Shown: positions 11,249-20,893 of the stretch, one piece after another
Numbering within the stretch: position 1 is the stretch's first letter
How the letters are laid out: every line of letters starts with the position of its first letter
The notes under the pieces: generated by a model
The model's database searches: none
What the model saw: the letters and a program-made list of their open reading frames with translations, nothing else
What the model was told of the DNA's origin: nothing
Program-made: the position numbers and the translations under genes
NCBI GenBank assembly: GCA_951812735.1
Contig: OX638332.1
Location: 378,732 to 442,731 of the forward strand
Direction: 5' to 3'
DNA length: 64,000 bases
Source of the DNA: Candidatus Dadabacteria bacterium
Lineage (GTDB): Bacteria; Desulfobacterota_D; UBA1144; Nemesobacterales; Nemesobacteraceae

Positions 11249-12337
11249 TCATACGTAACGCCTCGGAACCCTCGGCGAAACCCTTGATAAAACCTCGTAA
11301 GATATGGTTTCTGCCAGGGAAGATACATCCTCGACACTCACAAGGTCATCTCCGAAAAGCACCACCTCATCCCCAACACACACCCCTGGAACGTCCGTTA
11401 CATCAACCATGATAAAATCCATGCAGACAGACCCTATAAGCGGAGCAAGTCTTCCGCCCAGAGAAACCTTCGCTCTGTTTGAAAGCGCCCTTGGGTAGCC
11501 ATCCGCATATCCGATCGGAAGGGTCGCGACCAGCGTCTCCCTCCCCGTAACGAAACTTCCCCTGTAACCAACCGGAGTACCTGGGGACACTTTTCTTAGC
11601 TGTACTATCCTTGTTTTGAGTTTCATAACCGGCCTGAGACTAACTTCTCCCATACCGCCCGAACCGTAAAGCATTATCCCGGGTCTTACAATGTCCATAT
11701 GGGAATCCGGAAACCTCTGAATGGATGCGCTGTTTGCGGAATGCGCGTAGCGGTATTTAACTCCCAGTTCGCCAAGAAAGAAAAGACCTTCGCGGAAAAC
11801 CCCAAGTTGATAATCCGTATAGTCGCTTTGATGGTTCTCTGAAGAGGCAAGATGGGTAAAGACGCCTTCAAGCATTATTCCGGGAAGTGGGGCGGCCGAG
11901 GCGAAAAAAGATTCAATCTCCCCCACCCCCACTCCAAGCCTCGTCATGCCAGTATCGACTTTCAGGTGATAACGGGCCGTTTTTCCACACTCAACGGCGG
12001 CTTCGGAGAGAGTTTCAAGCACGCCAAGGGAATAGCAGGCAGGAGTAAGCGCGTTTTCCACGACGACTCGAGCCTCCTTTGGGTCAATACTTCCCAGAAG
12101 GAATATCTCGCCTGTTATTCCGGCCCCCCTGAGTTCCATTGCCTCCGGCACCGTAGCCACTCCAAGCATGTCGGCTCCATGACCAAGAGCGACTTTGCTT
12201 ACCCCTACCGCACCGTGTCCGTAAGCGTCGGCCTTGACGATTGCCATTATACGGACATCTTCCCCTACAAGTTTTCTTACTTCACCAAGATTTGATTTAA
12301 AGGAATCAAGACTGATTTCAGCCCACGTAGGTCTCAT
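11249..12337 (-). CDS. alr: alanine racemase
   Basis: PLP-lysine motif AIVKADAYGHG, 362 aa, typical length. Confidence 0.9.
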   Translation of the reverse strand: MRPTWAEISLDSFKSNLGEVRKLVGEDVRIMAIVKADAYGHGAVGVSKVALGHGADMLGVATVPEAMELRGAGITGEIFLLGSIDPKEARVVVENALTPACYSLGVLETLSEAAVECGKTARYHLKVDTGMTRLGVGVGEIESFFASAAPLPGIMLEGVFTHLASSENHQSDYTDYQLGVFREGLFFLGELGVKYRYAHSANSASIQRFPDSHMDIVRPGIMLYGSGGMGEVSLRPVMKLKTRIVQLRKVSPGTPVGYRGSFVTGRETLVATLPIGYADGYPRALSNRAKVSLGGRLAPLIGSVCMDFIMVDVTDVPGVCVGDEVVLFGDDLVSVEDVSSLAETISYEVLSRVSPRVPRRYV

Positions 12338-12427
12338 CGCCTAGAAATTTCTCCAAAAGCCGAATGGAGCGGTTCGTTCGAGTTACCCGTTTGCAGGTTC
12401 CGTATTTCCCCCGGTCGGCTAATGCAA

Positions 12428-12436
12428 ATTATACCA
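12428..12436 (-). promoter_or_regulatory. candidate extended -10 element upstream of alr
   Basis: Minus strand reads TGGTATAAT about 90 nt upstream of the alr ATG. No good -35 was seen. Confidence 0.3.
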
Positions 12437-12637
12437 TTCCCTAAGACAAGTTTCAGGCTTGCCTCATATCAGGAAGGTAAAAAGACCCCACATAAGAGGA
12501 ATAACCAAAGGGGTTGAGCGTGGCTTAAGGCATGCAGCCGGCATTTGTGTGCCCACGTTTTTCGGGGTCCTGCCGCGCCCGGATACCCGACGCGAGAAAG
12601 AATCATTGCGACACCCCGTATATGGTGCCACCCGGCT

Positions 12638-13573
12638 CTACCAGAGTCCCAACCTTATTCCGCCGCCGATGTAATGTCCTCCGAACTCACCTTCTACAAA
12701 ATTACCGGTCACCTTCTGCTTGAACCTCGGGTCTTCAAAAGAAGACAGGTAACGGTAGTCCAAACTTACCGTTACATCGAGTCCGCTGCTGTACTCGCTA
12801 ATTTTGTAGCCTAACCCGCCGCCGATCTGATAAATAAAAATCCAATCAGTGTCATCAACAAGCAGATCGCCCGCAGTTGATTTCATTTCGCTTGACAGAT
12901 CAGCCGCACCTAGGCCGCCACCTACATAAGGAACCAGGCCGCCGCCCAAGTTTATATCATAATAGGCATTCATCATAAGTGTGCGCGCTGAAAGATCGCC
13001 TCCGAGCTCATTTTCCCCAGATACAAGCTGCGTTTCGAAAACCCCCGGCGTCCCTACGTTTATTTCCTGAAAATCGTTATTCATGTAGCCGCCCTCAGCT
13101 TCAAGACGCAGCCCGTTTCCAAGCGCGTAGCCAAGCATCAAGCTGAAACTGTATCCTTTGTCATAATCCACGGTAGATCCTAACGGTCCGTATTGGGAAG
13201 TTGAGGCCCCCGATAAACTGTCACTGCCAAGAATACTGAAGGCACCACGGGCTCCAACGCTAAAACCGCTTCCCGATGCGGGCAAGTCCTTCTCCGGCTC
13301 ATCCATCTCTTCCAAAGCTTCTGTGGAAGAACCCCCGGATTCAGTACTCTGCTCCGTCTCAGTCTCCTCCTTAACTTCAAGAGAAGGTCGCTCAACTTCG
13401 GGGGAAGGCACCTCGACTTCGGTACTTTCCTCCATCACAGGCGCCTTCTTCTCAACGCCAGGGGGCATTCCTCCCGCCAAAGCCGCGGACGGACCAAGCA
13501 CCATGGAGAGCAGCAACGTAAGAAATTTTATTGATAACTGTCTGGCTCCGCCAGATCGAAACGGCAGTTTCAT
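12638..13573 (-). CDS. outer-membrane beta-barrel protein (OmpA-like/porin-family barrel) with acidic linker
   Basis: Signal peptide ending ALAGG, an E/S/T-rich low-complexity stretch, alternating beta-strand pattern, and a C-terminal aromatic residue (GIRLGLW). Confidence 0.7.
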   Translation of the reverse strand: MKLPFRSGGARQLSIKFLTLLLSMVLGPSAALAGGMPPGVEKKAPVMEESTEVEVPSPEVERPSLEVKEETETEQSTESGGSSTEALEEMDEPEKDLPASGSGFSVGARGAFSILGSDSLSGASTSQYGPLGSTVDYDKGYSFSLMLGYALGNGLRLEAEGGYMNNDFQEINVGTPGVFETQLVSGENELGGDLSARTLMMNAYYDINLGGGLVPYVGGGLGAADLSSEMKSTAGDLLVDDTDWIFIYQIGGGLGYKISEYSSGLDVTVSLDYRYLSSFEDPRFKQKVTGNFVEGEFGGHYIGGGIRLGLW

Positions 13574-13773
13574 CGAATGTTCCTCCTTACGGTTATTCCT
13601 TTTAATAAGTTCCAGCTTTTTTTATTATCTTGCAGCGTTCTGCCATTGTCAAACGCGATAAATACCCGATTGCTATTTATTTAGGTATATAATTCCCCTA
13701 TCTTTCATTGAACCGGTTTTTTAACTGTCTCCCTAGAAACGAAACCGGAACGGAGTATTTCGGGAAAAACGGC

Positions 13774-14940
13774 ATGAAACTAAACAAATACGAACTTCGC
13801 TGCGTTCTCGTAATAGGAACAATAATCGCGCTCAGGCTCCTTGGAATATTCTTCATAGTCCCCGTTTTCAGCATATACGCCGTAAACTACGAGGGAGCGA
13901 CCCTCTCATCCGCGGGAGTAGCGTTCGGAATATACGCCCTTACCCAGAGTCTTCTTCAGATACCCTTCGGTATGGCAAGCGACAGGTTCGGAAGAAAGCC
14001 GGTAATAGTGTCGGGGCTTGCAATTTTCTGTCTGGGAAGCATTCTCTGCGGTTTCGCAGACACCATCTGGGAACTCATAATAACCAGGGCGCTTCAGGGA
14101 AGCGGCGCGATAGGCGCGGTCGCCGTAGCCACCCTCGGAGATTCCACAAGAAACGAGGTAAGAGCACAGTCTTTTATGCTGACCGGGATAATAGTCGGGA
14201 TTGCGTTTATAACTTCACTCATAGTCGGCCCAGTACTCGCGACGAAATTCGGTTTCGAGAGCCTTTTCTTCATACTTGCCGTCCTGGGTTTAGTGGCGAT
14301 GCTGGTTGCTCTTTTCATGTTTCCCGAACTTCCAAAGAAAAAAACAAGGGACAGAAAAGAGATTCTTCTAAAACTCAGGGAACCGGAAATAAGAAAAATT
14401 CTTTTCTCAACCTTCATAACCTCTCTTACTCTTAATCTTCTTCTGTTCATCTATCCACTGGACTGGAAAAACCTCGGTACCGGACCCGAAGACCTGTGGT
14501 TCATCTATCTAGTAATACTCGTCCCGAGCGGGCTTCTGGTTAACCTATACATCAGGATTTCCGAGACGAGAAAAATACTCAGACAGGCGACCCGGTTCGG
14601 GCTTTTCTTTCTAGTGGCCTCTTTTCTAATCTATCTGCTTCGGGAATCCAACAGCATCACTCTCTACATCGCTGGAGGAGCGTTCTTTTTCGGGCACATC
14701 ATATTTCAGTCCATACTCCCCGCGTTTGTCACGCAGAGAGTTTCCTCGGAAAACAGGGGGGTTCTCTCCGGTTTTTTCAACCTGGCCAATTTCATGGGAG
14801 CCTGCGTGGGAGGAATGTCCTCCGGCATACTTTACCAGACTCATGAGTCTCTGCCCTTGATATTCGGTCTCCTGTTCCTAGTTCTGTGGAAATTTGTCGG
14901 ACTTCCCAGGCCACCCCTTGAGCAGGCTGAAAAAGAATGA
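13774..14940 (+). CDS. MFS transporter
   Basis: MFS motif A GMASDRFGRKPV and about 12 hydrophobic segments. The ATG at 13774 is preferred over the TTG at 13708. Confidence 0.85.
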   Translation: MKLNKYELRCVLVIGTIIALRLLGIFFIVPVFSIYAVNYEGATLSSAGVAFGIYALTQSLLQIPFGMASDRFGRKPVIVSGLAIFCLGSILCGFADTIWELIITRALQGSGAIGAVAVATLGDSTRNEVRAQSFMLTGIIVGIAFITSLIVGPVLATKFGFESLFFILAVLGLVAMLVALFMFPELPKKKTRDRKEILLKLREPEIRKILFSTFITSLTLNLLLFIYPLDWKNLGTGPEDLWFIYLVILVPSGLLVNLYIRISETRKILRQATRFGLFFLVASFLIYLLRESNSITLYIAGGAFFFGHIIFQSILPAFVTQRVSSENRGVLSGFFNLANFMGACVGGMSSGILYQTHESLPLIFGLLFLVLWKFVGLPRPPLEQAEKE

Positions 14941-15395
14941 AAATATATACGCTTGAGAGAAAGGAATTTTTGGGGGTTTCTCTGGAAACGGCCTGGGATT
15001 TTTTCTCCAACCCGGACAATCTTCCAAGAATCACTCCTCCCGAACTGAACCTGCGCATAAGATCTGAGACGGAGGGAGGAATATATCCCGGCATGATAAT
15101 CACCTACACCGTAACTCCCATCCCTTTTTTCAAAACCACTTGGGCAACGGAAATAACCCAAGTCAACTCACCAAGCTATTTTGTTGACGAGCAACGATTC
15201 GGACCCTACAGATTCTGGCACCACAAGCACTTTTTCACGGAGGCCGGAGATAAAACCGAGATCCGAGACCTTGTTCACTACTCCCTGCCGTTTGGCCCGC
15301 TCGGAAGGTTGGCAAACCTGTTTTTCGTAAGCAGAAAACTGGATTTCATATTCAATTACAGAAGCGCTCAGCTGCGGAAACTATTTGGAAAGTGA
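14937..15395 (+). CDS. SRPBCC-fold (START/cyclase-like) family protein
   Basis: 152 aa. The sequence pattern resembles the SRPBCC domain often found fused or adjacent to TIGR01777 epimerases. Its ATGA start overlaps the MFS stop. Confidence 0.55.
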   Translation: MKIYTLERKEFLGVSLETAWDFFSNPDNLPRITPPELNLRIRSETEGGIYPGMIITYTVTPIPFFKTTWATEITQVNSPSYFVDEQRFGPYRFWHHKHFFTEAGDKTEIRDLVHYSLPFGPLGRLANLFFVSRKLDFIFNYRSAQLRKLFGK

Positions 15396-15680
15396 AAAAA
15401 ACGCGGGTTTTTCCCGACCGAATATCAGCTTGAAGTGCAATACAGCGCAGGGTAAGTTAGAAGGTTAGGTTTGCGCGCGGAGGGGTTTGGAGTTTGCATG
15501 ATCGAAAAAATTTCCCCAGGTTCAACCTTTGACTATATGGTAAGTATCCTGCGTCCGCTGACCGTGTTGCAAGACACGCATTTGCCACGGAATATGCAAC
15601 TGGCGAATTGCCTTCCGGCTTCACTCGTGGTGAGGTGGAAGATATTGACCTGATGGACTATCAAAGCAAGGAGACAGTAG

Positions 15681-16502
15681 ATGTCCTCGCATGACCAGTC
15701 GCACTCCGCAGAACAGGCCGGAGAAGAACGCCAGAGAATAAGCGTTACTGCAGTCCGACAAATGGTTCTCTCCACGGCCATAATGGCACTTGTCCTTGTA
15801 TCACTCACCGAAGCATTCGTCATTATGAGAAATACCCAGCGAATGGTTGAAGCACAAGAAAACAGATACCTCTCATATCTTCTGGCCGATGAGCTGCGCC
15901 AAAGCTCCGATGATCTTACGCGCATGGTACGAACTTACGCCGAGACCGGTGAGGAACGCTACAAAGACTATTTCGAAGAAATTCTTGATATCCGAGAGGG
16001 AAGGCTTCCTCGTCCCGAGAGATATCACGGCATATACTGGGACTTTGTGGTATCTACAGGTGTTTCGCCACGTCCAAGCGGCCCTCCGATGGCCCTTAAG
16101 GCGCTTATGGAAAAATCCAGGTTCACCGACGTTGAACTTGACTATATAGCAATGGCTGAAAATGAATCAGACTCCTTGTCCAAGCTGGAGATCCAGGCAA
16201 TGAACGCAATGATAGGCCTTTACAGAGACGCCTCCGGCAATTACACGGTCAGAGGAAGACCGGATCCTGATCTCGCAAGCCGACTTCTACACGGCGAGCA
16301 ATATCACAAGGCAAAAGAACGAATCATGTACCCGCTGGAAAAGTTCTTTGTCGCCGTAGAAAAAAGGACGGCAGAAGAAGTCAGAAGTCATCAGGAAACA
16401 GAAAAACTGCTGGTTTTCATGCTGATCGGAACGACAAGCCTCGCGGCCATGCTCGCCATCGTTTCCATTATAATGATGGCTGGCTCCGCAAGGAGATTAT
16501 AG
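15681..16502 (+). CDS. membrane protein: TM helix, ~190-aa helical extracytoplasmic sensor-like domain, TM helix, no output domain
   Basis: Hydrophobic segments MVLSTAIMALVLVSLTEAFVIM and LLVFMLIGTTSLAAMLAIVSIIMMAG flank a soluble domain. The protein ends 5 residues after TM2. Confidence 0.6.
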   Translation: MSSHDQSHSAEQAGEERQRISVTAVRQMVLSTAIMALVLVSLTEAFVIMRNTQRMVEAQENRYLSYLLADELRQSSDDLTRMVRTYAETGEERYKDYFEEILDIREGRLPRPERYHGIYWDFVVSTGVSPRPSGPPMALKALMEKSRFTDVELDYIAMAENESDSLSKLEIQAMNAMIGLYRDASGNYTVRGRPDPDLASRLLHGEQYHKAKERIMYPLEKFFVAVEKRTAEEVRSHQETEKLLVFMLIGTTSLAAMLAIVSIIMMAGSARRL

Positions 16503-16628
16503 AGGTATACACACTCGCCAGATGAGGTAAAACGGACTTCGCGTTTGATCGCAGCAGTTTTGGACTTTCAAAACCTATTGAAAACTAAAAGAAATCCGCT
16601 CCGTAAAGCTTAAACCCAGAGGGAAATC

Positions 16629-17507
16629 GTGAATTTTTCCGAATACAAGAACAAAAGAGAAAATGCTCCTTCAATATCCTTTGAGGTCTTTCCTCCGAAA
16701 GACGACTCTGAATTCGAAAAACTCAAAGGCATCCTTGCGAAACTCGCCGAATTTTCGCCAAGCATTATAACGGTAACCCATGGTGCAATGGGAAAGGGGC
16801 GGAAGAGAACCCTTGAGGTCGCCTCTTATGTAAAGAACGTTATAGGAACAGAAAGCGCCTGCCACCTGACCTGTATAGGATCTTCAGAGAGAGAAATAGA
16901 TCTTATGCTTGAGGGGATAGAACAGAAGAAAATACACAACATAGTGGCGCTCAGGGGAGATATTCCCAAGGAAGAAGGCAAAGAACTTCTGTCCAAGGGA
17001 GCCTTTCAGCACGCAAATCAGCTCGTTGAACACATAAGAAAATATGAAAAAGAAAAGCCGCAGCGGTTCTCCCTGGCTGTTGCCGGCTATCCGGAAAAAC
17101 ACATTGAATCCCCGAGCTTTGAAGAGGATATAGCGAATCTGAAAAAGAAAGTGGACGCTGGGGCCGACATTATAATCACCCAGCTTTTTTTCGATAACCG
17201 TTACTATTTTGATTACGTTGAGAGGGTAAGGGCAGCTGGAATAGATCTCCCCGTGATCCCGGGTCTTATGCCCGTGCTCTCATCAAGACAGGTGATAAGA
17301 ATATCCTCGCTTTGCGGAACGGAAATACCCTCATCACTGAAAAAGAAACTGAATGGTGCAGGAGACGACAACCGCAAAGCGGTGGAAGTAGGAATCGCCC
17401 AGTGCAGAGATCAGGCAAGGGAACTTATCGATAAGGGAGTGCCGGGAATTCATTTCTACGTTCTTAACAGGACCTCTCACATAGAAAAAATCCTGGAATC
17501 CATCTGA
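16629..17507 (+). CDS. metF: methylenetetrahydrofolate reductase
   Basis: SFEVFPPK, VALRGD and ITQLFFD motifs typical of MTHFR. GTG start. Confidence 0.9.
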   Translation: MNFSEYKNKRENAPSISFEVFPPKDDSEFEKLKGILAKLAEFSPSIITVTHGAMGKGRKRTLEVASYVKNVIGTESACHLTCIGSSEREIDLMLEGIEQKKIHNIVALRGDIPKEEGKELLSKGAFQHANQLVEHIRKYEKEKPQRFSLAVAGYPEKHIESPSFEEDIANLKKKVDAGADIIITQLFFDNRYYFDYVERVRAAGIDLPVIPGLMPVLSSRQVIRISSLCGTEIPSSLKKKLNGAGDDNRKAVEVGIAQCRDQARELIDKGVPGIHFYVLNRTSHIEKILESI

Positions 17508-18184
17508 TGCCTGAAACGAAGAAGATTTTTGATGAAGTGGCAAGTCACTACGACTGGCTAAATACTCTGTTCAGCCTCGGAATCCACAAACTTTGGAGAA
17601 AGAAGCTGGCAGATGAATTGCACGGCACCGAGTACAACCTAGACATAGCAACCGGGACTGCCGAAGTCGCAATAGAGGTTGCGAAAAAACACCCTGCGGC
17701 CAAAACGGTCGGGATCGACCCCAGCATGAACATGCTCCGGATAGCGAAAGAAAAGATCGAAGACCTTAATCTCGGGGAGAAAATAGCGCTTGCGTCAGCC
17801 GCGGCGGAGCATCTTCCCTTTACAGAAAAACAGTTCGACTCGGCCACCATAGCCTTCGGCATAAGAAACACTGTCGATTACGAACTTTCCCTGAGGGAAA
17901 TAAGAAGGGTGCTAAGGGAAAACGGTAAACTTTTCATACTCGAATTCGCGATCCCGAGAAATCCCGTTTTCAAACCCATTTACATGGTTTATTTCAAAGT
18001 CTTGATGCCTCTTGTCGGAAGCATTTACGGCAGGGGCAAAGAGTACAGATATCTGGCTGAATCCACCGCTTCATTTCCTCAGAGAAAAAACTTCATACAG
18101 CATCTTGAAAATGCGGGGTTTCGCGACTGCAGGTACTCAGAACTCACCATGGGAGTAGTGGCGCTTTATCGCGCAACCAGATAA
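17507..18184 (+). CDS. ubiE: demethylmenaquinone/ubiquinone C-methyltransferase
   Basis: YDWLNTLFSLGIHKLWRK and SAM-binding LDIATGTAEVA motifs. Start overlaps the metF stop. Confidence 0.88.
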   Translation: MPETKKIFDEVASHYDWLNTLFSLGIHKLWRKKLADELHGTEYNLDIATGTAEVAIEVAKKHPAAKTVGIDPSMNMLRIAKEKIEDLNLGEKIALASAAAEHLPFTEKQFDSATIAFGIRNTVDYELSLREIRRVLRENGKLFILEFAIPRNPVFKPIYMVYFKVLMPLVGSIYGRGKEYRYLAESTASFPQRKNFIQHLENAGFRDCRYSELTMGVVALYRATR

Positions 18185-18207
18185 AAAGCGGCTGTCGATT
18201 CTACGAA

Positions 18208-18852
18208 CTACGGGTAAAGCCTGCTTATAGTCCAGCCACCATCGGGAGAAGGAACATATCTGAAACGATCGTGAAGTCTGTTTTTTCTTCCCTGCCAGAA
18301 CTCAAAGCGTACCGGACTCACTACGTATCCTATCCAGAAGTCGGGGCGCTCTATGCTCTTTCCCTTCCATTCAGAGCGAAACTGCTCGTATTCCCTCTCA
18401 AGCAGCGACCTGCTTTCAAGGACTTCGCTCTGCCTCGAAACGCACGCTCCTATGCGGCTTTGGCGAGGTCTTGAGGCAAAGTATTCATCAGCTTCCCGTT
18501 CAGGTAAAAGCGAGACCTCACCGTCCACTTTCACCTGCCTTTCAAATTCAGACCACCAGAAGCAAAGCGAAGCGACCGGATTCTCGGCCATATCTCTGCC
18601 CTTGCGGCTAAGAGAATTCGAATAGAAGGAAAAACCTCTTTCATCATACCCCTTGAGAAGTACCACTCTTGAGGACGGAAAGCCCCCCACTCCCACGGTT
18701 GATAGAATAAAAGCGTTTGGAAAATCAACTTCGGATCCGAGAACCTCCCCGTACCAGACATCAAACTGAGAGAACGGATCGTCGTCAAGATCTTTTCTCT
18801 CAAGCTTCCGTTTGAGGTACTGGCGTGAGTGGAATTTACTTTCTTTCGACAT
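18208..18852 (-). CDS. pdxH: pyridoxamine 5'-phosphate oxidase
   Basis: RVVLLKGYDERGFSFYSN and FWQGRKNRLHDR motifs, 214 aa. Confidence 0.92.
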   Translation of the reverse strand: MSKESKFHSRQYLKRKLERKDLDDDPFSQFDVWYGEVLGSEVDFPNAFILSTVGVGGFPSSRVVLLKGYDERGFSFYSNSLSRKGRDMAENPVASLCFWWSEFERQVKVDGEVSLLPEREADEYFASRPRQSRIGACVSRQSEVLESRSLLEREYEQFRSEWKGKSIERPDFWIGYVVSPVRFEFWQGRKNRLHDRFRYVPSPDGGWTISRLYP

Positions 18853-18853
18853 T

Positions 18854-19750
18854 TTATCTCAAAATAATATCTTCAAGCGCGGAACCTAAGTCTTCGTGTA
18901 AGAACTCATACCCGGAGGAAATAAGTTTCTCTGGGAGAACCATGCTGCTGGCAAGCATCGTGCAGCGTCCCATCTCTCCGAAAAAAAGCGGTATGGCAAA
19001 CGCGGGAACCGCAAACCACATGGGCTTTCGCAGAACCGTCGCAAGCGTGGCGGTAAACTGCCTGTTAGTCACCGGATTAGGCGATACCGCGTTAACAGGC
19101 CCGGTCACTTCCCCATGTTCCAGCAGATAAACAATTATACGTGAAAGATCCTCTATAGAGACCCAGCTTATATACTGACCACCACTTCCAACAACCCCTC
19201 CAAGACCCAGCTTAAAGATAAGCAGCAAAGAACCCAGCATGCCCCCTTTGGGGCTTAGAACAGCACCTGTGCGTAGATTTATTACCCTTACACCAAGGTC
19301 AGAGGCCTTGTTGGCCTCGTTCTCCCACTCGTGGCAAACATCGGGGAGAAACCCGGAGCCGACCGCGGAGCGCTCAGTAAGTCTTTCTCCCCCCCTGTCT
19401 CCATAGTAACCGATTGCTGATGCACAGATAAAAGTTTTAGGAGGATTTTGAAGTCTGGAGAACAGATTTACCAGATAGCGGGTGCTGAGCACCCTGCTTC
19501 GCCGTATTAAATTCTTTTTCTTTTTAGTCCACCTGCCCACTATATTCTCACCCGAGAGATGAACAGCGGCATCAAAATCCTCAAGCAGACCCGGGTCGTC
19601 TACACGACCACCCTCCGGGTCCCAGAAAATTAGATTATCTCCGCCCGCACGCGATCTTACTAGACGCCATATTTCAAAGGAATCCGAAGAAATGGCGTTA
19701 ATAAGATGAGTCCCCACGGTTCCGGTAGATCCTGAAATAAGTATCTTCAT
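18854..19750 (-). CDS. TIGR01777-type NAD-dependent epimerase/dehydratase family protein (YfcH-like)
   Basis: MKILISGSTGTVG Rossmann start and a DUF1731-like C-terminus, 298 aa. Confidence 0.8.
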   Translation of the reverse strand: MKILISGSTGTVGTHLINAISSDSFEIWRLVRSRAGGDNLIFWDPEGGRVDDPGLLEDFDAAVHLSGENIVGRWTKKKKNLIRRSRVLSTRYLVNLFSRLQNPPKTFICASAIGYYGDRGGERLTERSAVGSGFLPDVCHEWENEANKASDLGVRVINLRTGAVLSPKGGMLGSLLLIFKLGLGGVVGSGGQYISWVSIEDLSRIIVYLLEHGEVTGPVNAVSPNPVTNRQFTATLATVLRKPMWFAVPAFAIPLFFGEMGRCTMLASSMVLPEKLISSGYEFLHEDLGSALEDIILR

Positions 19751-19774
19751 GTTCCTAGTTGAAAAATCCGGACC

Positions 19775-20788
19775 TCACGAAGCAAAAGCCTCGATCAGTC
19801 GCTCCTGGTACTCCCTTACCTCTTTGAAATCGAGAAAATAATGCGGAGCGCTAAGCACCGGGAGGTCAATATATTTTCTGTACTCTTCCACTTTCTTCCT
19901 GCAATGTTCCGCATCCCCGACAACCGTAAACGCATCAACCATCTCATCACTGACACCTTTTATCATCGCCCGGACATCTTTTCTGCGAAAAGCATCCCTT
20001 ATCCCTCTCACCTCCTCCATAAAGCCATGGAGCCTGAAAGGGGGGTCGTAGGTTTTTACCGTGGCATAAAACGCGACGGTAGCCCGGGCAGCCTCTTTCG
20101 CCCTTTCCCGGTCATGCGAGACGGCACAGGTGATTATTGAGCACTTCATGAAATCCCCGTTTTTTCTCCGTTTTTCAAGTTTTTCTTCAAGCGAAGGTGA
20201 AACTACCTTTTTTATATACTCTAGCGAACAGACCACGTGCCCCATGTAACCGTCCGCGATTTCGGCAGCAGCACCAATCATCTTGCTTCCTATACCGGCC
20301 ACGAATATCGGCATCTCTTTTCTGGTGGGCTCAAAAGCTCTTTTATAACCCTTTGTATTTATACGGTAAAATTCCCCTTCAAAAACAATTTCGCTGCCCG
20401 TATGAGCTCCGGACAGGATTTCCCTTATTAATCCAACGCATTCCCTTATTCTTGTAACCGGCCTGTCTCCATAGAAGACACCGTGGAAGTTTTCGTTTGT
20501 TCTCTTTGCCCCGGTACCAAGACCCAGTATCAACCTCCCGGAACTTATTTCGTCAAGATCAAGAGAAGTAATGGAGGTAGTAAGCGGGCTTCTCACAAAG
20601 GCAAGAGCAACGGCAGTACCGAGTTTTATTTTAGAGGTAACGGGAGCAACGGCCGAGAGCTGCTGGAATGGGGTCCTGTAAAGTTCCGTGGCCCAGACGG
20701 AGTGAAAATTCGCTTTCTCGGCAGCAACAGCAAGATCCTTGAGCTCTTCAATTGACCCCGCATCAAGTATAAACCCGACTTTCTTCAT
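19775..20788 (-). CDS. luciferase-like (LLM class) flavin/F420-dependent oxidoreductase
   Basis: 337 aa with LLM-family sequence pattern (FHSVWATE, LGLGTG). The cofactor cannot be decided from the sequence. Confidence 0.75.
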   Translation of the reverse strand: MKKVGFILDAGSIEELKDLAVAAEKANFHSVWATELYRTPFQQLSAVAPVTSKIKLGTAVALAFVRSPLTTSITSLDLDEISSGRLILGLGTGAKRTNENFHGVFYGDRPVTRIRECVGLIREILSGAHTGSEIVFEGEFYRINTKGYKRAFEPTRKEMPIFVAGIGSKMIGAAAEIADGYMGHVVCSLEYIKKVVSPSLEEKLEKRRKNGDFMKCSIITCAVSHDRERAKEAARATVAFYATVKTYDPPFRLHGFMEEVRGIRDAFRRKDVRAMIKGVSDEMVDAFTVVGDAEHCRKKVEEYRKYIDLPVLSAPHYFLDFKEVREYQERLIEAFAS

Positions 20789-20818
20789 CAGGTTTATTAT
20801 AAATAATAGGGAACGCGG

Positions 20819-20846
20819 AAAAAACCCACCCAGACTGCGCGGGGGG
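20819..20846 (-). terminator. possible intrinsic terminator after rplQ
   Basis: Minus strand reads CCCCCC-GCGCAGTCT-GGGTGGG followed by TTTTTT. The stem is imperfect. Confidence 0.3.
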
Positions 20847-20893
20847 AAAAACGGAGGGTTTTTTGATAAAAGTGGGGAGGAGGAATTTTAATC

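Noticed and set aside
12338-12637. 300-nt intergenic region between the OMP gene and alr as a possible riboswitch or sRNA
   Set aside because: I found only a candidate extended -10 element and a weak GC hairpin (CGCGTCGGGTATCCGGGCGCG, minus strand) without a U-tract. No known riboswitch core motifs were recognised.
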